From assembly GCA_010093605.1 (NCBI GenBank), contig MU004190.1:558001-622000 (forward strand): a stretch of DNA of 64,000 nt, written 5' to 3'. The notes beneath the pieces were generated by a model, which did not search any database, had not been told where the DNA came from, and worked only from the letters and a program-made list of their open reading frames with translations. This stretch comes from Lophium mytilinum (lineage: Eukaryota). Position numbers and translations under genes: made by a program. Below are positions 60,188-64,000 of the stretch, one piece after another (the stretch's first letter is position 1; every line of letters starts with the position of its first letter).

Positions 60188-61570
60188 ATGCCTTCTTACT
60201 ACTTCAGGAAACCTTTCATCGAACTAACGGATAAAAGCCAAAGGGAAATGCTCCGGAATATCGAGACGGCCGCTTTTAATTGGCGTAAAGACAACCTCCT
60301 TCTGTGCATACCACGGGACATGGTGCCTTACAAGGTGAGCATCCCCGAAGACGAATTCGTAGAGAGGGAGCATGACCCAAACGAATGGGGATTTTCGTTG
60401 ATAAGATCCCTCCGGAGATTTTCGGATCAGACAAAGGGGAACTTGCCGAAAGCACAAGAGACATTGAGGGCCGCTCTTGAACAGCAGAGAGATGAGAGTC
60501 TAACTATTAAAACTGTTGAAACCGCTCGGATCATTATGCGCAGGCAGCACGCTACTGTTGAGCCACCACGCAGGGCAGAGCCAACTCTACAGGCAGATTC
60601 CGCGCCATTGTCTACTTTTACGTTCGCACCTCTACGTCCTCCTCAACCAAGCCTTCAAGGCCTATTTCATCATGGCCTACCTCCACTGGAACCTCATAGG
60701 CCAACAAACGGCCTTCCTACACTCGAGCCGTTTGGATTTGCCCGGGGCTACCAGCAACCAAGGCAGGGTGATGCTAGCAGCGGAGCCCTCATCGAAAACG
60801 TACCCCCCGAGCCCCAGCGGTATCCATCAATTAGTCGACACGAGGCCAGTCCCGCTGAGCGCCCATGGGGTTTCACTATTTCCAACGGACGCAGAACTCC
60901 TCGCCCCATGAATTCCTCATCTAGCGTCCCTAGTGTTCCACAAAGCACTAGACCAGCATCTAGGCATGAGACGTACTTACCGCCCACGCCTCTCTCTCGT
61001 TCCTCTGTCTCGCGCTCAACTGCTTCAAATCAAGCTTTCTCTTCCAACCAACTCGAACAACCACGGATCGAGAGCGGCGAAGCATTCGGGGAGCATCGAC
61101 CTACCCTCGAACCACGCGAGGAAAATTCGCCCAGCTCTAAGCCTGTAGTGAAGCTTGAAAACGGCCCCGAAGTTGACGGCAATGCAGTCACTAGGGCGGA
61201 GAGCCTAAAGATACTTAAACTCAGAGAAAAACACCTCGAAGATAAGATCGAATTCTTAGAAGATAAGGCGAAACTCTCAGCAATCAAACTGGAGCGGGCG
61301 CTGGCCGAAGATCAGAGGGCGCTGGCTGAGAAGCGAGCTCGAGGTGCGACTGCGCACCTTGCAATTCTCATCGATGATAATGAGAATGACGATAATGATG
61401 GTCCGAATACCACTCAGCCCACTCGACGGCGAGATCGGGAGTCCTCGCATGGTGTTGATTCGGATGGCGGGCAGCCCACTCGGCGGCGAGATCAGCGCCC
61501 GTCGCATGGTATGCTGTCCGTGCCAGGGAATTCGGGAAGTTCGCAGGAGCCTAATCTGTCCTTTTCATGA
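60188..61570 (+). CDS. Unknown-family protein, paralog C
   Basis: ORF 60164-61570 (start ATG 60188 or 60164); same N-terminal motif pattern; coiled coil LKILKLREKHLEDKIEFLEDKAKLSAIKLERAL; putative 5'UTR intron 60093-60163. Confidence 0.75.
   Translation: MPSYYFRKPFIELTDKSQREMLRNIETAAFNWRKDNLLLCIPRDMVPYKVSIPEDEFVEREHDPNEWGFSLIRSLRRFSDQTKGNLPKAQETLRAALEQQRDESLTIKTVETARIIMRRQHATVEPPRRAEPTLQADSAPLSTFTFAPLRPPQPSLQGLFHHGLPPLEPHRPTNGLPTLEPFGFARGYQQPRQGDASSGALIENVPPEPQRYPSISRHEASPAERPWGFTISNGRRTPRPMNSSSSVPSVPQSTRPASRHETYLPPTPLSRSSVSRSTASNQAFSSNQLEQPRIESGEAFGEHRPTLEPREENSPSSKPVVKLENGPEVDGNAVTRAESLKILKLREKHLEDKIEFLEDKAKLSAIKLERALAEDQRALAEKRARGATAHLAILIDDNENDDNDGPNTTQPTRRRDRESSHGVDSDGGQPTRRRDQRPSHGMLSVPGNSGSSQEPNLSFS
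61415..61510 (+). repeat. In-frame 57-bp-period repeat in paralog C
   Basis: QPTRRRDRESSHG / QPTRRRDQRPSHG; cagcccactcg at 61415 and 61472. Confidence 0.8.
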
Positions 61571-61747
61571 AGGTAGCTCTCCATTACTTTTTTATATACG
61601 TCTGAGTCACTCTATCATACAAATATAACTAAATCTAACTGTTTCACTTCCCTATCCTGAGATCAATGAGTGACCTACCTTCTCAACACCCGGGCTAGCA
61701 TACTGATAAAACAATCAAGTATTTCTAGCGGAGAAGTTATTTTCCCA

Positions 61748-63667
61748 TCAACCAGCGATCTTCTTACCCCGTCCTGTCTCAGCCTCTGCTTCCTCAGTCT
61801 CCGCTCTGCAAGACTTCTCCTCCTTCCCACCCAACCCCCCCTCCCCTTCATCAGCCACCTTCCCCCCCTCCGCCTTCTTACCCTTAACATCCCTCCTCAC
61901 ACTCCTCCACTCCAACCCCGCCGCCCCAATCACCGCCAAACACGCCATCACCAACCCCACCCGAAACACCACCCTCAGCGAATCATTATACGCCCCCAAC
62001 GCCATCTCCCGATACTCCGCCGGAACCAGCTTAAGCAGTTCCGTCGCCCCCGTATCCCGAACCAACGCAGCACTGAAATCAACCCCCGGAACGCCAGCAA
62101 GGCGCTCCACCAACTCCCTCCCCAGCACATTCCCCCCCACACTCAAAAACACCGCGCCCGCCAACTGCTGCCCAAAAAACATAACCCCCGCCCCCATCGC
62201 CACCTCCTCCCTCGCTAGCACCGTCTGCGCCGCCATATTCGGCGCCTGCCCCGCGAACCCGAAGCCCAGGCCGTAGAGGAACTGATATCCCACCCACGCG
62301 CCTGTGGAGGAGCGCGGCTCGAGGGTAGTTAGCAACCCGGCACCGACGGCGGTGAGGCAGACGCCGAGCAGCGCAAACGGGGTGTAGTAGCCGAGGCGGG
62401 AGACGAGGAAGCCGGTGAGCAGGGAGGCGAGCACGACGGGGAGGAGGAGGGGGAGGAGGTGGATGCCGGAGGCGGCGGCGGAGAGGGAGAGGGTGGCTTG
62501 GAAGTAGAGGGGGAGGTAGTAGACTATGGTTTCGTGTTAGAGGGGTGGTATAGGTGAAGGGGGCCCCACCCTGGGGAGGGACGTACTGAAGAGCATTTGG
62601 TGCGCGCCGAGGCAGGAGCTGAGCCAGAACCCGGCGAGGATGCTGCGTTGCAGGAAGATCCGTGGGGGGAGGATGGCTTGGGTGGGTTGCCAGGCTTGGA
62701 TGAAGGCGAAGGCGAGGAGGAGGAGGGAGGCGAGGATCAGGAGGGCGATGATGCGGCTGGAGTTCCAGGGGTGTGTGGTGCCGCCCCATTGTAGTGCGAG
62801 GCATAGACATATGACGCCGGGGAGGAGGGCGAGTAGGCCCAGGGCGTTGAGTTGGTGTAGTTTGTCTTTGAGAGGGATGTTGGTGGTGGGACGGGAGGGG
62901 ATGTGGAGGAGGAAGAAGACGAGTATCATGACTGCACCGCCTAGGGGGAGGTTCAGGTAGAAGCACCATCGCCAAGTAACGTCTGTGGTGAAAGCGCCAC
63001 CGATTAGGGGCCCGGCTACTGAGGAGATGCCGAAGACGGCGCCGAAGAAACCTTGGTATTTGGGGCGTTTGTGAAGGGGGACGGCGTATACGATTATGAC
63101 CATCTATGGCAGCATAGTGTAAGCGAACGGATAGTAAAGATGGGCCGGATGAGATGATGACGGGGAATGTTAAGCCGTGGTGCCCTAAGAAAAAGATAAA
63201 CGTACAACGCCCGAGAGAACACCTCCCGATCCCAGTCCAGCAATCGCTCTACCCAATATAAAAGCGATCGAGTTCGGGGCCGCGCCACAAAGAGCCGAGC
63301 CAACCTCAAACACCACAATAGACGCTAGAAACGTGGCTTTGATGTCGAAGACTTTGTACAGCTTCCCGAACACCAGCTGGAACGCACAGCTAGTGAGTAG
63401 GTACGCCGTGCCATACCAGCCAATATCGCCTGCCGAGTTGAATTCGTTGGTGATTTGGGGGATGGCGGTCGATATAATGAGGCGATCCAAAGACACTAAG
63501 AACATGCCGACGAATATGGATGCCATTATCAGTGCGAGCTTGAGACCAGACGGGTAGACGATGTCGGTGGGCATGCCCTTGGTTTCCTTGATCTTTGCGC
63601 CATCCAGGGGCGCGGATGGTGGCACATTGTTCCCCTTCGATTCGGATTCTTTCTCCTTCAACGACAT
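61748..63667 (-). CDS. MFS drug:H+ antiporter, 14-TM (AflT-like toxin efflux pump)
   Basis: [86 protein letters not shown]; introns near 63104-63206 and 62525-62586. Confidence 0.93.
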
Positions 63668-64000
63668 ATTGAAGCTGCAATGTTTGGCAATCCTTTTACA
63701 AGAGATTGATAGCCTTGAAGCGGACGTTGGCACTTCTTCGGTCTATGCAGTCGTTCAAGAATATACGCCGGATTTATAAAACAAAGTAGGAAAAGCACAG
63801 CAGTCAGAAAGATGGCTATCAGAAACCAAGTGTCTTGCAATAGAAAGAAAAGAATGTGCTCAAGTACTACTAAAAAGGTGGGCAAAGGAAGATTTACATA
63901 GTCGAGGGCCAATTGACGTCCATCTCGCTTACTAGGGTCTTTACCCTAGTCCCTCGCGTTCAACGCGAACGCCACTAGTAGTCCCTACACTAGTCAAAGC

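Noticed and set aside
42800..61650. Starship or other large mobile element
   Set aside because: No tyrosine recombinase (DUF3435), transposase, reverse transcriptase or boundary repeats recognised.

Overview
Gene-dense eukaryotic DNA from a filamentous ascomycete. Genes have short GT-AG introns with CTRAC branch sites; Dothideomycete origin is an inference, not demonstrated. Bases 1-42.7 kb are mostly conserved genes: LSB5, CAP1, NMA1, UFD4, ABD1, PEX11, and a Zn2Cys6 TF / PhyH dioxygenase / PNPOx-like trio. These are interrupted at 12.3-22 kb by a decaying patch: an MFS pseudogene, an FAD monooxygenase with an internal deletion, and two tandem HET-domain genes, one frameshifted. Bases 42.8-61.6 kb contain no recognisable housekeeping gene. 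This region holds three highly diverged paralogs sharing an unrecognised ~120-aa N-terminal domain, a disordered linker and a C-terminal coiled coil (best candidate for an undescribed system). It also holds a double-Zn2Cys6/coiled-coil gene with one stop codon, a 260-bp MITE with 34-bp CAC...GTG TIRs and a 4-bp TSD, a perfect 30-bp palindrome and a ~172-bp tandem duplication. The window ends with a DHA2/DHA14 MFS efflux pump. All models were read by eye without databases; splice sites and family names need confirmation.
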